Notes: generated from the sequence alone by a model not told the origin. A stretch of 64,000 bases of DNA from Oikopleura dioica (GCA_907165135.1 OU015568.1:7006001-7070000), one strand, 5' to 3'. Counted from the first letter of the stretch, positions 1 to 13,132 are shown. Program-made: numbers and translations.

Positions 1-1450
1 TTCTTCTTGCGATCAGACTTCTCTTTGCGCAGCTTGGCATTCCTAAATTCATCATTTGATTTTGAGTTTTCCCCTTTTTCAGCTTTAGTTTTAACCGAGT
101 TAGCGTTTATCCGATGCCCCTCTCGAGGGATCTTTCTTTTCTCGCCTCTTTTGTGAATTATTAATAAAGGGCGAAGGAAATAATCAGAAATCGCTTGTTC
201 TTTCAGCAAATGTGTTGATTCAACAAATGATTGATTCACTGAAACATGAACTTACTCTGTTTCCAGCTTTAGAATTTTTCCCTTGAACTCGGAAATCCGC
301 TCGCTGAGCCTGGACTCCCAGTTCTTTCGCTGCCGCTCGTGCTCGCTCGTCGCCGATGTCAGCGTGCCCTTGAGACTCGAGATGCAAACATCCTTTTCTT
401 CTATTAGCTTCTTGCGCCGCGCCAGTTCCGCGTTCATCTCCTTGATCTTCAACAACAAGTCGTTCACCTGCATACTTGCGCTGGTGTGCTCGTCCACTTG
501 CATCGTCTCGACGACTTCTTTTTCCGAGATTTTGAGGTTTTCAATGATTGATTCTGAGGTAATAGGAGCGGCGATCGTCTTCACTTCTGTTGGATCATCA
601 ACATGTTTGACCGCTTTTTTCTTCGATTTTTCCTTCGCCTTTTCTTTTGACTTGTCGCTGGAACTCTTTTTTGGTGGCTTGATCTCTCCATTTTGTAATT
701 TAGGCTTTGTATTTTCCTGCTCTTTGGAAGATGTGACTCCTAATTTGGTCTTTCTCTTTTCTCTGAAGGTGCAAATAAAACACAGTGTCAGCCCATTGAT
801 TTTTTCGATTTTTCCACCTTCCCAAGCGGCCTAATAAAATTGCTCAATAACTGCTCCATGCTGTTCAATAAAAGAAGCAACAAATACATTACCTTGACTT
901 TGCACTTTTCGCAGGACTTGGGCTTGCCGTAATTTTGAATGCAGTAGTCGCAGCGGCGGCAGACTTTGGAACCGCGCTTCGTTTTGAAACTCGCTTCAAG
1001 TTTACAAAGCGTACAATGGACCGGCTACAACAAAAATCTATTCAAGTGATCATTATTGAAATCAAGGAAGAACGATCAAGGAAACTTTATAAATTATAAT
1101 GAAGAAAAAGTTAAGAGAAAAGTTACCAGTTTATCTATTGATCGAAAATTACCAGAAAGTGGGACTCACCGGGCCATATTTGAGCTGCAACTTGGTACAG
1201 TTTTCGCACGTCACAGAGGTCGGTTCTTTTCCATTTTCAGGCAGCGGCAAGTTGCCCCTACACCAGCGGCACTAGAATAACGCCCGTCAACAAACCCGAT
1301 CAATAATGAATTCTAGAACTGTACCTTTGCGCCCCTGGCTGAAGGGCTCTTAGCACATCGCACGCAGAAAGAGTTCTTGGCAGTTAGTTCATCCCGAGGA
1401 AACCAGCGCAAACATTTACAACAGGGTGATTTATTTGGCGCAGTTGACAT
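1..1450 (-). CDS. FAM76: FAM76A/B-like protein (Cys-rich N-terminus, C-terminal coiled coil); 3' end runs off the window
   Basis: Manually spliced: MSTAPNKSPCCKCLRWFPRDEL...CVRC..AK|CRWCRG...CENCTKLQLKYGP|PVHCTLCK...CRRCDYCIQNYGKPKSCEKCK|..KINGLTLCFICTF, then a coiled coil (ORF 252-584). Matches the FAM76 CxxC repeat pattern with YGxP motifs. Confidence 0.85.
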
Positions 1451-1574
1451 ATACGATTTCCACTGAACAAAAATTCCAAATCAGTCTCTCTTTTTCTGTG
1501 AACTCTGTTTGATTAAAATGGGAAAAACAGGCTCGAACAGAAAGATCTTCTTTTCTTTCTTTTCTTGAACTTTT

Positions 1575-3069
1575 TCACTTCATCATGACGATTCCGGCGG
1601 TTTCGTCGTCTTCCTCGAGCTCTCCTCTTTTGTACTTTTCTATCCTCTCCAGCTCCTCCTTGTCCGTCTGCTCTAGCTTCGCCTTTAACTCCTCAGGAAC
1701 TAATTCAGATCGCGAAAAATCCACTTTCATTTTTGAAATTTCCAGTATTTTGGAATTTTTGGAGACCTTTTCCTTCGACTTTTGATAATTCGCTTACGTC
1801 GGGGTCATCGCCGATCAATAAATCGATTAGCTGCTGGATAGCTCGATTATTCTCACTGCAATTTTAATTTGATCGTGAACTGTGGAATGAACTGTTCTAC
1901 CTTTCAGCTTCCAGGGACATTTCAAACTTGTGCAGCTCGCGCAGGATCACGTAAGTGTTCTTTTCTGGTAAAAGAAAGTTTGTTAATGATAATTGAAGGT
2001 CATTATATGGTTGTTTCACATCAATTTTAGGGCGTTTCTTTTACCTCGAATATACTGACGATCTTCTTTTTTGTTACAAAGTAAATGAATAGCTTCTACA
2101 AGCATTTTTCTGATATCAGGATCAACCTACAATGATGATTATTTTTGCCGAGGAGAAACAAAAAACCTCTCTTTCTTTCGTCTCTTCTAAAAACTGCAAA
2201 TCATCTGGTAGTTTATCCATGTCATCCATGTCCAAATTCGCTATTTCCGGTCCTCCAGCGAGGGGCAATAGCAACGCGGGTAAAATGTCGACGGAAGGGC
2301 CGAGGAGCCAGTTGTTGTCGTCGGAAACGAAGCAGATGTTCTTCAAAAGAATCGCTGCTGCGCCTCTTCTGACGATGTTTTCGTGCGTAAGAAAAGGAAG
2401 CAGCTTTTGAATGTTGAGCTTTTCTTTGTCGAGGAAGAAGAGACGTCCATTTGGCACCTTTGAATGAAGAAAAGGGGATGAGAAAGTGGATACCTGTGTC
2501 AAATTGGCGAGCACCTGTCCAAGATAATCGAGCGTATTCCCAACTGAGTTGTAGCTGATCTTGAGATAGATGCCAAACAGCAAGTTTAATCCTTCTTTTC
2601 CAATTTTCTCAAAGACCAGCGTTGCGTGCCGACTGTTCCGTGTTAAATTCGAGAGAATCGAACAAAATTTATCGGCATGAATAGATTTTGCGTTTGTAAT
2701 TTGTTTTACGAAACTAGAATCAAATAAAGGAATGTTGATTAAAAAGGCTCTCACGTGTCAACGACTTCGTATTGATTCAATAAAATTTCGCAGAAAGGCT
2801 CGTCTGTTGTTAAATTGACGAGTTCTAGAACCGCGTCCAGCTGTATTCTACCGCTCTCGGCAATGTTCGACAAGATCAGTTCTACCTACAAATTCTAGGA
2901 AAGAGAACACTAGCCGTTGTCTCACCAGTTTCCTATGCTGGCGAATAAACAGGCGGCCCTCAGCACTGCCCGTCAGCGCTAGAACTTGATTCGAAGCGGT
3001 GAGACGGACATCAGCTCGTACGTCTTTTTTGAACATGGCGCACAGATCGTCGATCATTTCTTCCCCCAT
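1575..3069 (-). CDS. HGH1: HGH1 homolog (FAM203, eEF2 chaperone)
   Basis: VRADVRLTASNQVLALTGSAEGR, DYLGQVLANLTQ, RRGAAAILLKNICF, DILPALLLPLAG, LIDLLIGDDPD...VPEE; multi-exon. Confidence 0.9.
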
Positions 3070-3248
3070 ATTCCCGTTTTCTGCGCTTTTTCTTAACTTT
3101 ATAAAATCGTGGTTTTGTGAATTAGGATGAGTTGCCTTAGAAACGCGCCTTGGCAAACATTTTAAAAACGAAACTAAATGTAACTAGAATTTTTTATTGC
3201 GGATAGGAATTTTTAGATGATTTTGAACAGAAAGGAAGATATATTTTT

Positions 3249-4109
3249 TCAGATTGAGAAAAGCGATCGGTCCATAAAAGCATTGTCGCCCATCGAGTAG
3301 ACTCTGACGTCTCCATTTCCGAAAATACGAACATGCGTGACTGAGCCGTGGTTGAGTCCGAATCTGAGCCAGGCAGAGCCATCGACTTGCATCAGGCGCA
3401 TCATAAAATAGCGGATCACATTTGCGTGGCAGACGATTATTGCTACTTGATTCTCGCCCTTCTCTTCGGAGGCGTAGCCACGGTGGATGTATTTTCTGAA
3501 GCCAGCTGAATACGAAATGTCATTTTCTGAGCTTACACCTAAATCAAACCTTCGATGCGGCCGCCATCAGCATGCAAATATCTTTTATATTCGTCGCTTT
3601 CGTAGTGCTTCCTTTTGGGAATCGGTGCAGTCGGCGGAGCTCCTTCCTCGACCATCTCTGTTCGATGAATGACATCTTCTGAGACTAAATCGCCCATTTC
3701 TGCGAGAATGTTTTCGGCAGTTTGTTTCGCTCTTGGCATTGTAGAAATGATGAACTCGGTTGGTTTGATTTGACGATTTCTGAACCACTCGCCAGTCGCA
3801 TGAGCTTGTTTGTGGCCCAGTTCAGTTAGCAGCTTGTCTTCGCGCTTCTTTTCTTTCACGTGGTACTGCCCGTGTCGAACCAAATAAATATCTCTAAAAA
3901 GCATGAATACAAAATCTTCTTTGATTAAAATTTCACCTGTATCCAGATCGAGGTTTAAGTTTATCCCACTTGAGGTCAAAATCGTGCTCTAATTTCGGAC
4001 TAAGCAGGTATTCCTTGGCTGCAACTGGTCTCTTCTTCTGACGATTTCGGAAAGTGACAAATGAAGTTGCAATTCCAGCAGAAGCGATCGACAGAACTCG
4101 CCTATTCAT
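3249..4109 (-). CDS. PGAM5: PGAM5 mitochondrial Ser/Thr phosphatase (histidine phosphatase fold)
   Basis: IYLVRHGQY, LTELGHKQA, STMPRAKQTA, EEGAP, DGGRIE; C-terminal THVRIFGNGDVRVYSMGDNAFM; N-terminal KWDK motif. Confidence 0.92.
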
Positions 4110-4583
4110 TCTAAAACGAAATTGACTGGTTTTGGATGTCTTGACTTGGTTTGTCAAAGAAAAAAAAATAGGTTTTTGAAATTTTCAAATCGCCCTTTGG
4201 TTGACAAGAAATTTTGCTGTCAGCCAAAAGGCGATTCAAGAATTTCACGGTAAAGAAAAACATGAATCTTGTTTTCAATTTTTGGATAAGGAAAACAATC
4301 AATCAGACGTTGATTGAATGTCTTCAAGTGGCAGGAAAATTGTGACTAACTGAGAAAGAGGATAAATGAAGAAAGTAAAGATTCGGACATTATTTTTAGA
4401 CCGTCAAAATATCATCCGAAACTTTGGTTCTAACGAACCGATGGCAAATCACAATTTCCCCTCGTTTTTTTTGTTGTTTTTTACTAACAACTCATTCATT
4501 TCAAGTTCGTGATTTACCATCGGGCAGCTAGAACCGCACGGGATAAGATAGATAACTGTAAGTGGATCATCAGAAAGGAGCCT

Positions 4584-7500
4584 TTAGAAGTATCCTTGTC
4601 GGTTGCCCCCGAAACCTCCTCGACCTCGAAAGCCTCCGCCTCTATTCCCACCGAACGAGCCTCTGTTGCCTCCAAATGAGCCTCGATTACCACCAAATCC
4701 TCGGCCTCTGTTGCCGAATCCACCGCCTCTTCGTTCCATGCCGAAGTTAGCGGGAAGAATGCCACCTCTTCCTCCTCCCATCGGCCTTGGACTTGAAAAG
4801 TTGCCACCTCCACGGGCTCCTCCAAAGCTGCCTCCTGGAGAACCTCTCTGCGGAGTCCAAGACCGTCCGCCTCCTCCAGGGCTGCCACCAGAAGCACCAC
4901 CTTGGAAACCACCTCTTGCAAATTGCTTCGGAGGTGGAGCACCCATGCCAAAACTCTCAAATCGGTCCATTCCTCGGATTGATTGATGACAATCTTGCAG
5001 TGAAGAAGAGCTATTTAAATTGAAGTGAAAAACTATTTTGAAAAGAAGCAAAAACCTTGGAATCGCGAGAGGAGAGGATACTTTCGTGATGATATCGATG
5101 AGCATCTTGTCTTCATTTCCAAAAGATATCACATTTTCTGGATTACTGACGCTCGTGATGACGATTCCGTCAATTTCCGATTTCAGCGAGCAAAGATAAG
5201 CAGCATTTTCTGGCTTCATCTGAAAGAATCGATGATATTTCAATAAAATAATCTCTCGTAATTACCGCGATTGGAATCCACTCATCGACGGTAACGATTC
5301 CATCGGAGACCGCCACAGATTTCGACGAAAGAACAAGTTGAGCAGCCGTTACATTTGTCGTTTGCCTGGCAGTGACACATTTGGTTCGCACTTTTTCCGA
5401 AAACATGAACGCTTGATGAGGAAAGACGACTCCTTTGTTGCCGAAGGGGCAGTTGGCCGAATGTTTGTGAAGCAGCGCTTGCTTCCCATCAACAATCACT
5501 TTTCGGCCATCGGTATGAATTGCTACATTTGGTGCGAGAGCCAGAGCGAGTAGAGTGATCGCAGCATCAAGTCGTTCGTCCTCTTGGCTGTTCGTGATTC
5601 CTTTGGGTACTAGCGATTCCTCGGGAAAGCCGAAATTGAAGAGAATTTCCATCAGTTGCCGTTTCGCTTCCCAAGTGCACCTCATTGTCGACATATTTAT
5701 CTGTTTGGCATCACACCAGCTCTGCTCTCGGTCTGGGCCGCCCTCTCGTATTCGATTCCAATCGTCAAACAGACAGAGCAAAGCCACATGATCAGAGAAT
5801 CTATCACCCGCGTATTGACGATGCTTGCCAGGCATTCGTTTACCTTCAATTTGAAAAGGCTCGTTGAAGCAAGAAGCCGCGGCAATTGTCGTCATACAGT
5901 CGCCAATTCCGAAGGCGGCGCCGAGAATAAGCATTTTTCCGAGTCTTGGCTCCAGCGGAAGTCGGGCGAGGATCCGGCCGAGTGGTGTCATCTCTCCATT
6001 TTTGTCCAAAGCGTTGAGCTCCTTCAAAGTGTGTTCAGCCTCAATGACGACATCGAGAGAAGGGACTTCAAGAGCTTTGGACAAGAAATCAGCGATGCTT
6101 CCCAAACGCAGGAGCTTGATCGTGAGAGCGACCGAGTGAAGCGGAGTTCGCAAGATTTCAGGAGTAGCTTGCTCGTCCAGTCGATCGTGGCGCTCTTTTG
6201 TGATGAGATTGAAGCAGAAACCCTCACGAACTCGACCAGCTCGACCCTTTCGCTGCTCAATATTTGATTGAGATGCCCACACGGTAGCATAATTTGTCAT
6301 GTTGTTGTGAGAAGTAAACATCTTCATTTTCACTTTACACGAATCAATTACGAACGAAACATCGTCGATCGTTATCGAAGTTTCGGCAATATTAGTTGAC
6401 AGGATGACTTTTGTGACTCCTTCTGGTGGGTGAACAAAAACTTGGTACTGGTCTTCCCTGGGAATTTGAGAATGAAGCGGAAGGATTCGATAACCAGGTC
6501 CGCCGAAAATGTGATGATTGTTCAGATGCCTCATCAGTCCAGATATCGAGGCCCATCCAGGAAGAAAAACTAGAATCGCGCCGGGGACATTCAAACTCTT
6601 GATGTACGAAAGCAGTTGTTCGATGACGCCATAATCGATGAGTGCCTCACTCATTTGAGAAACGGCCTGTCGGGTTTCTGGAGCGTAATCTTCGCTAACA
6701 AGTTCGTTGCAGTTTGTCTTGTCTTGTTGAATAAGCGCGTCCTGATCTTCCGCATTTTCTTCGTTTTGCTCATCGTTGCGCTTCTTTCTCTTTCGCTGCT
6801 TTGAATTCATGATCTTAACTTCCGGGCTGTAGTTGAGCATCTGCACAATATCCTCCAAAAAGTACTGTGTCACCGGAAACGTCCTTCCTGAGACTTCAAC
6901 GACAGGTGCGCCGCCGAAGTATTCTGAGAAGGCACTAGTGTCGATTGTTGCTGACATGAGGATGATTCGGACATTCGGGAACTCTGCGTAAATGTCTCGA
7001 AGGACGACGAGCAAGAAGTCTGTGTTCAAGTCTCGCTCGTGAATTTCATCAACGACGACGTGGCTGACTCCTCGGAGGCCAGATTCTAGCTTTCGAAGAA
7101 GCACTCCGACCGTGCAGAGCATGATCGAACCGTGTGATCTCGGAAAGACAGATTCGAAGCGCACCGAATAGCCGCAAGATTGACCTTGCTCCTCCCCTCG
7201 TTCTTTTGCGATTCGGTCAGCGATTGAAACAGCTGAAATTTTTCTTGGCTGGGTGACAATAACGTTGCATTCGCCACCGCATTTGGCCTCCAAGGCTTGC
7301 TCGAGAATGTATTGAGGTAGTTGTGTTGTCTTTCCACTTCCGGTTGCTCCCTTGACGATTGTGACGGTGTTGTTGTTGATGGTATCGAGCAATTGTTGCC
7401 GAGCATTGAAAATTGGCAGATTGTTTCGTGTTTCGGCGATGGCGGGGTCTATTTGCGAGAGTCGGATTTGTTCCTGCTGCTCAATATCAGCGTTGATCTC

Positions 7501-8805
7501 TTCCATCGAGGCAGACACATAAGGCCCTTCTTCGATGTTCGACCCAGTCCAAGGATTCCAACTGGGCATCGGAGGACACCAAGGAATACAACCGCCAGGA
7601 ACAGGCTCTTGCTCTTCGAATTTAACCATGCTTTCGACATTGAGCGAACCATCTTTGGTGAAATCTGCGACTTGGATGCCCAGCTCCTTGACTGTACTTT
7701 TCAGTTCTGCTGCTAGGTCGTCATTGAAATCGCCGCCGATCGGGTCGAACTCTGTTTCAGACTGTTTCTTCTTTGCTTCGCCAGTATAAGCTGGAATCGC
7801 GCCGAGGTGATAAAGCTGACGGACGATGGAGAGGGAAGCAGATCTTTCCGCAGACTAAAATTTGCTGAAGAAAGGGTTGGGCAAAGATAGAGGTGGTACC
7901 TTTTTAGTAGAAGCAGACTCTCTCGCCTGGAGGCTTCTACGAAGCTTGGGCACGTAGAAGGTCATCTCCGCAAGAAAAGAACGCATGTTATCAGGCCCAA
8001 CAGCGCGAAAACTCGCCTGTGGTGCTTGAATACGATTATCCACACAGAACTGGTTCAGTTGCTGTCGCCCATTTTCGAGCGTCCATCCACCGTGGATTTT
8101 CGCAGTCAAATCGACCCCTTCAGCATTTGCAGTTTGATCTGCTGTTCGCTGGTCTAGCATTTGCTGTCGATTCTGGTAGTCGGCGAGCATTTGTCCTTTC
8201 GCGGAAGCCCCAGCGCCAAATTTGCCATAGCCACCGAAATGCCCGGATTCTTGATTTTGAGGAGTCGCTCCTAGTTTCGTGTGAGGCAGTTGTTTTCCGC
8301 CTGGAAGTGACACCGGTCCTCCTTTTTAAAATAAGAAGATAATGGCAAATAAGAAAGCCTACCTTTGAATCCAGGAGAATTATCGGCGGTGAAACTAGGT
8401 TCGGGGACAACTCCAGCATTTGTAAACGGAAATTCAGACTGGTTAACATGTCCTTCTCGCAGGAGATACTGGCAGAAATCGAAAGCAGCGTGAGCTTGAG
8501 AATCTTTCTTTGAGCCAGCGTTTCCAACTCCGATGTAGCCAAAGCTTGATGCTCGAAGTTCACACTTGAAACGAACTTTTCCTCGACCGGGAGCTAAAAT
8601 AACGATTTTTATTAAATAAAAATAGATCGAATTAGTTTAAAATATACTGATATGACTAAAAATAGACTCAAAAGTTAATAAAAAAATACATTTTCATTAT
8701 TTCTAAAGTTATCTTTGTATTACCAGGTCTTATGTCATAATTAGGGTGGATTTGTTTTCTCTGCAGCCAAGAATTAAGCCAGGCTTTCACATTCGTATCT
8801 GTCAT
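4584..8805 (-). CDS. DHX9: ATP-dependent RNA helicase A (two dsRBDs, DEIH helicase, HA2/OB, C-terminal RGG tail)
   Basis: MTDTNVKAWLNSWLQRK (dsRBD1), IHGGWTLENGRQQLNQF (dsRBD2), GATGSGKTTQ, DEIHER, MSAT, QRKGRAGRV, RGG/GGNRG repeats at the C-terminus. Confidence 0.96.
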
Positions 8806-9001
8806 TTCTTCTTCTTAGAAATATCTCTTACTGTATTCTTTTTCCCTTCTCTTTATTCCAGGAAGTGAAAGATGGGCGAGAAAGTGAGTAATCTGGGAAC
8901 GCAGATTTGAGCGCCGATTGGCCGAGCGCGACTTTCTTTTTCCCTTCGAGACCGAACCATTTTCGAAGCAATCCGAGAAATTGAAAATTGAAGAAAAGAA
9001 A
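8806..9001. promoter_or_regulatory. Probable bidirectional promoter between DHX9 (minus) and TMBIM4 (plus)
   Basis: 196-nt gap between divergent ATGs containing CAGGAAGT (ETS-like), AAGATGG (YY1-like), GATTGG (CCAAT) and GC-rich GCGCG. Confidence 0.55.
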
Positions 9002-11023
9002 ATGGCGAAAGGAGAAATGGAAGAACCGCTGATTGATTACAAAGAGAATCCCCAGAAGAATAGAAGTTCTATCGGTAGGCTTACCGGACTAAAATTCGGC
9101 CAATTTTTCTAGCTTAGTTGTGGGGTCCTATGACACATATTTGGAATGCTTAAAAGCTGGGCTTTCATTTGAGCCCAAAATCAAGGGGTCTGGGTCATGC
9201 CCGAAAGGCAAATTTTGGGACCGGAAGTTCCCAAATAAGCACTAGAACTCTTTGATCGATATTTTCGATTGGTTTGGGATCTCAAGGGCAATGGAGAGTG
9301 GGTGAATTAGAAAGTGTAGACTCTGAGCTTTCTTTAGAGCCAATAAAAGCTTGCCGCCCTCGGGTTTAACGCACTCTAGTGGCCAGAGAACTTGGGAATA
9401 TGGGTATTTTTCGACAGAAACTCGGGAAAAAATGAGAAACAACCTCCCAGATCAACCGTGGTTCAATGTTCTAAGACTCATTTATTGTTTATAGTTGTTC
9501 AAGAAACGAAATAAGTAGGTTTAGAATTCGAAAATTTTGAGTCGAAACCTGAAGTTTCCAGACTAAAGCACTGTCCATTTCAACTTCTAGGGCCATTAGA
9601 GGGCGCTAGACCAACGGGCGGCAAAATTTTATTGGCTCTTAACCCCTGCCCGCACGGAAAATTTGTTACCCCTGCCCGCATATCGACCTACGCGTAGGTC
9701 GGGCCCTTTAAGGGTCTTTGAGTCGTGATAAAATTTTCGAAAGGACTTGAATGGAAAGATAAAAGGCTGAGCTATCTTCTGGACATGATCAAATATCAAA
9801 TGTCAAATGTCAAACGTGAACAAATGTCGTTTTTCCATAAGTATAATTGCGATTAAAAGAAAATTTACCTACGCGTAGGTCGATATGCGGGCAGGGGTTA
9901 AGAAAGCTCAGAGTCTAAGCTTTCTATGTCACCTATTTTTCAAAGCTCTAGATATCCCAAACCCATCGTAAAAATCGGTAGAAGAGTTTTTGTCCCGAAT
10001 TTGGAACTTCCAGTCCCAAAATTTGCCTTCCGGGCATGACCCAAACCCCTTGATATGGTGCCCAAATGAAAGCCCAGCTTCTGGGCTTTCTAATACTGTA
10101 TCATATGACCCCCCAAATAAGCTAGAAAAATGGGCCAAAATTTAGTCCGGTAAGCCTATCTATCGGTACTTTCAAGAGAGAAAAAATAAAAATTTGAAAA
10201 ATGAATTAAATTTCAGAGGATGATTTCAATTATGGCAACAATGTTCTTTCCTCCTCCGCCGAGATCCAAAAGGGCTTCCTTCGTAAAGTCTATGGAATCC
10301 TCACCGTTCAGGTACTTTTCTCACTAATTGAACAGGAGCGAATTAATCTATATGTTCAGATTCTGATGACTATCGGAGTCTCTGCGATCTGCATGGCCTT
10401 TGATCCTGTCAAACTGTTCTTACAAGCAAATCCGGCAATTCCCGGCATCTCCGGTCTTGCCTGTTTTGGCCTGCTCATTGCTCTCATGGTTCATCGACGA
10501 AACTTTCCCGTAATCCTTTTCCAAAGCTTCCTTTCCTAGCCCATTTTTAGACGAATTTCATTCTCCTCGGCGCCTTTACATTCCTCGAAGCCATCTCCAT
10601 CGCCACCGTGGTGACTTACTACCAAGCTACCGTTGTAATCCGCGCTTGTCTCATTACACTTTCCGTCTTTTGCCTCCTCACCAGTTTCACCCTCCAGAGC
10701 AAGAAAGATTACTCTTCATGGGGCGCTGCTCTCTTCTCCTTCCTCTGGATTCTTATGGGAGTCAGCCTCATGCACATTTTCTTCCCGACGGAGATTCTCG
10801 ATTCAGTCATTTCTTTTGGAGGTACTAAATCCAATCTAACTGACAAATTTCGAGCAAATTTCTAGGCGCTGCTCTTTTCTCCCTGTTCATCATCTACGAC
10901 ACTCACCTGCTCATGCGAAGACTTTCCGCCGAAGAGTATATCTTTGCCGCCATCAATCTCTATCTCGACATTCTCAACCTTTTCCTTCATATTCTCCGCA
11001 TTCTCGGAAACGATCGCAAATAA
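9002..11023 (+). CDS. TMBIM4: Lifeguard 4 / GAAP (Bax inhibitor-1 family)
   Basis: Exon 1 [10 protein letters not shown]...RSSI spliced (9075-10218) to EDDFNYGNN...[12 protein letters not shown]; C-terminal [36 protein letters not shown]. Confidence 0.93.
9076..10158. mobile_element. Non-autonomous hAT-like foldback element in TMBIM4 intron 1
   Basis: Terminal inverted repeats TAGGCTTACCGGACTAAAATT (9076-9096) and AATTTTAGTCCGGTAAGCCTA (ends 10158). Imperfect arms of about 300 bp. Exact 8-bp TSD TCTATCGG at 9068-9075 and 10159-10166. No transposase ORF. Confidence 0.88.
9643..9897. mobile_element. piggyBac-like MITE nested in the foldback element
   Basis: TTAA at 9639-9642 and 9898-9901. 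TIRs CCCCTGCCCGCA / TGCGGGCAGGGG. Internal inverted copies of CCTGCCCGCATATCGACCTACGCGTAGGT. Removing it restores the host arm's symmetry. Confidence 0.85.
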
Positions 11024-11200
11024 ATATCCTCCCCAATCACAATTATACCTATCGTAATTTCTGTCAACCAATCTATTGAAATTCTATTATTATCTCATGT
11101 AATAAAAATTCAACGTTCAAAAAAGTATTTTTCTCTTTCTTCTAGAATATTGTTTTCAGAATGCAGAGAATGAGGCTTTTGCAGACTTGGTTTTGGTTAG

Positions 11201-12667
11201 ATGAGCAACAGCTTCGATCGTACACTCCTCTTCCTGGGGATAGCCTGGGTTAGGACTCTGGTAAGAGCAGCTTTTCAAGATTCTAGTGCTCAATTTTCAT
11301 CCTAAGTGTGGTCTGTTTATCGCTACAACATCTATTTCCATCCCCGTCCTCGCCCACAATGTGGACTCTAGTCTCGGCACGACGAGTTGGATGTTCACGT
11401 GTCGCATCTTTGGCGCCTTCGTCGGCGGTGTCCTCGGAAGCACGTTCGCCAAGAAAGCCAATCCCAACAAGCTCTTCGCCGCAGCAACTTTTGTCGCTGC
11501 TGTCGCACTCTACTGGACGCCAAGCATCACCAGTCTCACCGTTCTACTCATCGTTAGCTTTTTATTCGGCGTCATTCATGGACTCATTGACTCGATAGGA
11601 CAGATGATCATTTTGAGTAAGCATTTATCTTCACCATCTTTACTTCAATGTTATTTCAGATCACGCACTAAACCCTGGCCGCTACATTCTCGGCTTTCAC
11701 GCATTGTTCACCTTTGGCTCCATCCTCGGCGCTCTGCTCATCCGAATCTTCCTCGATCCGACTCTAGAGCAGCCCTGTCCAAACGATCCGAGACACTATC
11801 AGAAGCTAATTCTTCTTCCGGATGTCCTCAATTCCTTCCAATACGCATTCATCCTCCCAGCGTACGCTCTTTTCGCCGCTGTTCTGATGCAACTGCTCCA
11901 AGTCTGCCTGAATACTTACGAAAAGGTCGACATTCCGAAGACATCAATGAGCAACAGCAGCATAGTTAACGAGCCAATCAAGCCGTCAAACGTTTTCCTC
12001 TCGTTTTACATCATTACACTTTTCTTCGCCGCAACCAGCTATCAAGTGACGTTTTCGTTTCTCCACCCTTTTACGAGATGCGACCACTTTTTACAGGTTT
12101 CTTCTGAAGAAAGTGCAACGAATGTGATTTGGTACTGGCTAGCCAATATGCTCGGCCGCTTCTTTGTCATGTACCTTTTGCAGAAAAATTACAACGTGAG
12201 GACTATATTCACATGCGTTTCTTCCCGTAAGTACTTTCAACAGAAATCTCAACTATATTTTGTTAATTCTAGTGCTTGTTGTTATTCAACTCTTTCTGGA
12301 ATTCGCCCCTCTGTCCGCCTACGTCTTCATGGCACTAGAAGACGTTTGCGGCTTCCTACTCTCTGGCGTGATCCCACTCTGCATCGTCTACGCCTCCTCG
12401 ATCTTCGACCTATGCGATGGTTACATGTGGACAATCTACGTTGGCTGCAACTTGCTCTGCATGTTCAACCCTGTTGGCATCGGCTTTTGGATGACGATCG
12501 ACACGCGCGGTTTCGTCCATGCTTTGTTGATTTCCTGTTGCTCGTTGTTTGTGTTCCAGCAGTTGATGTTCTGCTCTGCCAAGACTGTGAAGACGCCTCA
12601 TGCTCAAAGTTCAAGTTCAAGCATGAGCCTCAAAGCCGCCTCTTCTGCTCTTTCCATCAAAATATAA
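11201..12667 (+). CDS. MFS transporter, MFSD4-like
   Basis: Multi-exon hydrophobic ORF: SWMFTCRIFGAFVGGVLGS, LFGVIHGLIDSIGQMIIL, NPGRYILGFHALFTFGSILG, YWLANMLGRF. Confidence 0.7.
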
Positions 12668-12739
12668 AGTTCCCTGTTCCAAAATTCAATGTTGAATTCT
12701 GACATTTTAAAAACGCTGCATTCAAATATTGACCCTAGA

Positions 12740-13132
12740 ATGATCCAACGCCACCGAGTTTTAGCGCTTTATAAGCGGGTTTTGAAATGCAACGCGATGC
12801 TTGTTCCCGACATGAGACAGCTTGGCGATGTTTATACAAAAGTCGAGTTTAGGTAGATTTCTTCTGAACTTGAGTGATAAATTATCTTCTGTTTGAATAG
12901 ACAGCACAAAGACGCGAAGCCCCAATTTGTCGAAGAGTTTATTAACCAGTGGACCATGTATTGCGAAGACATCGAAAAAGGCCATATTGGAAAAGGAATC
13001 ACCGAAGATTTATTAGAAAACGATCTATCAGCTGACCAGCAGATGCAGCTCTATGAATTAATGAAAGAGACAACAAAGCCGGCGCCGCAATTCGCCATGC
13101 AAGACCCATTTGGACAGAAGAAACCCTCTTAA
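12740..13132 (+). CDS. SDHAF3: Succinate dehydrogenase assembly factor 3 (ACN9, LYR family)
   Basis: MIQRHRVLALYKRVLKCNAMLVPDMRQLGDVYTKVEFR|QHKDAKPQFVEEFINQWTMY...LSADQQMQLYEL. Confidence 0.9.

Noticed and set aside
8872-8890. ATG GGC GAG AAA|GTGAGT as TMBIM4 exon 1
   Set aside because: The exon at 9002-9074 gives the conserved SSIEDDFNYG junction in the correct phase; this one lies in the promoter gap.
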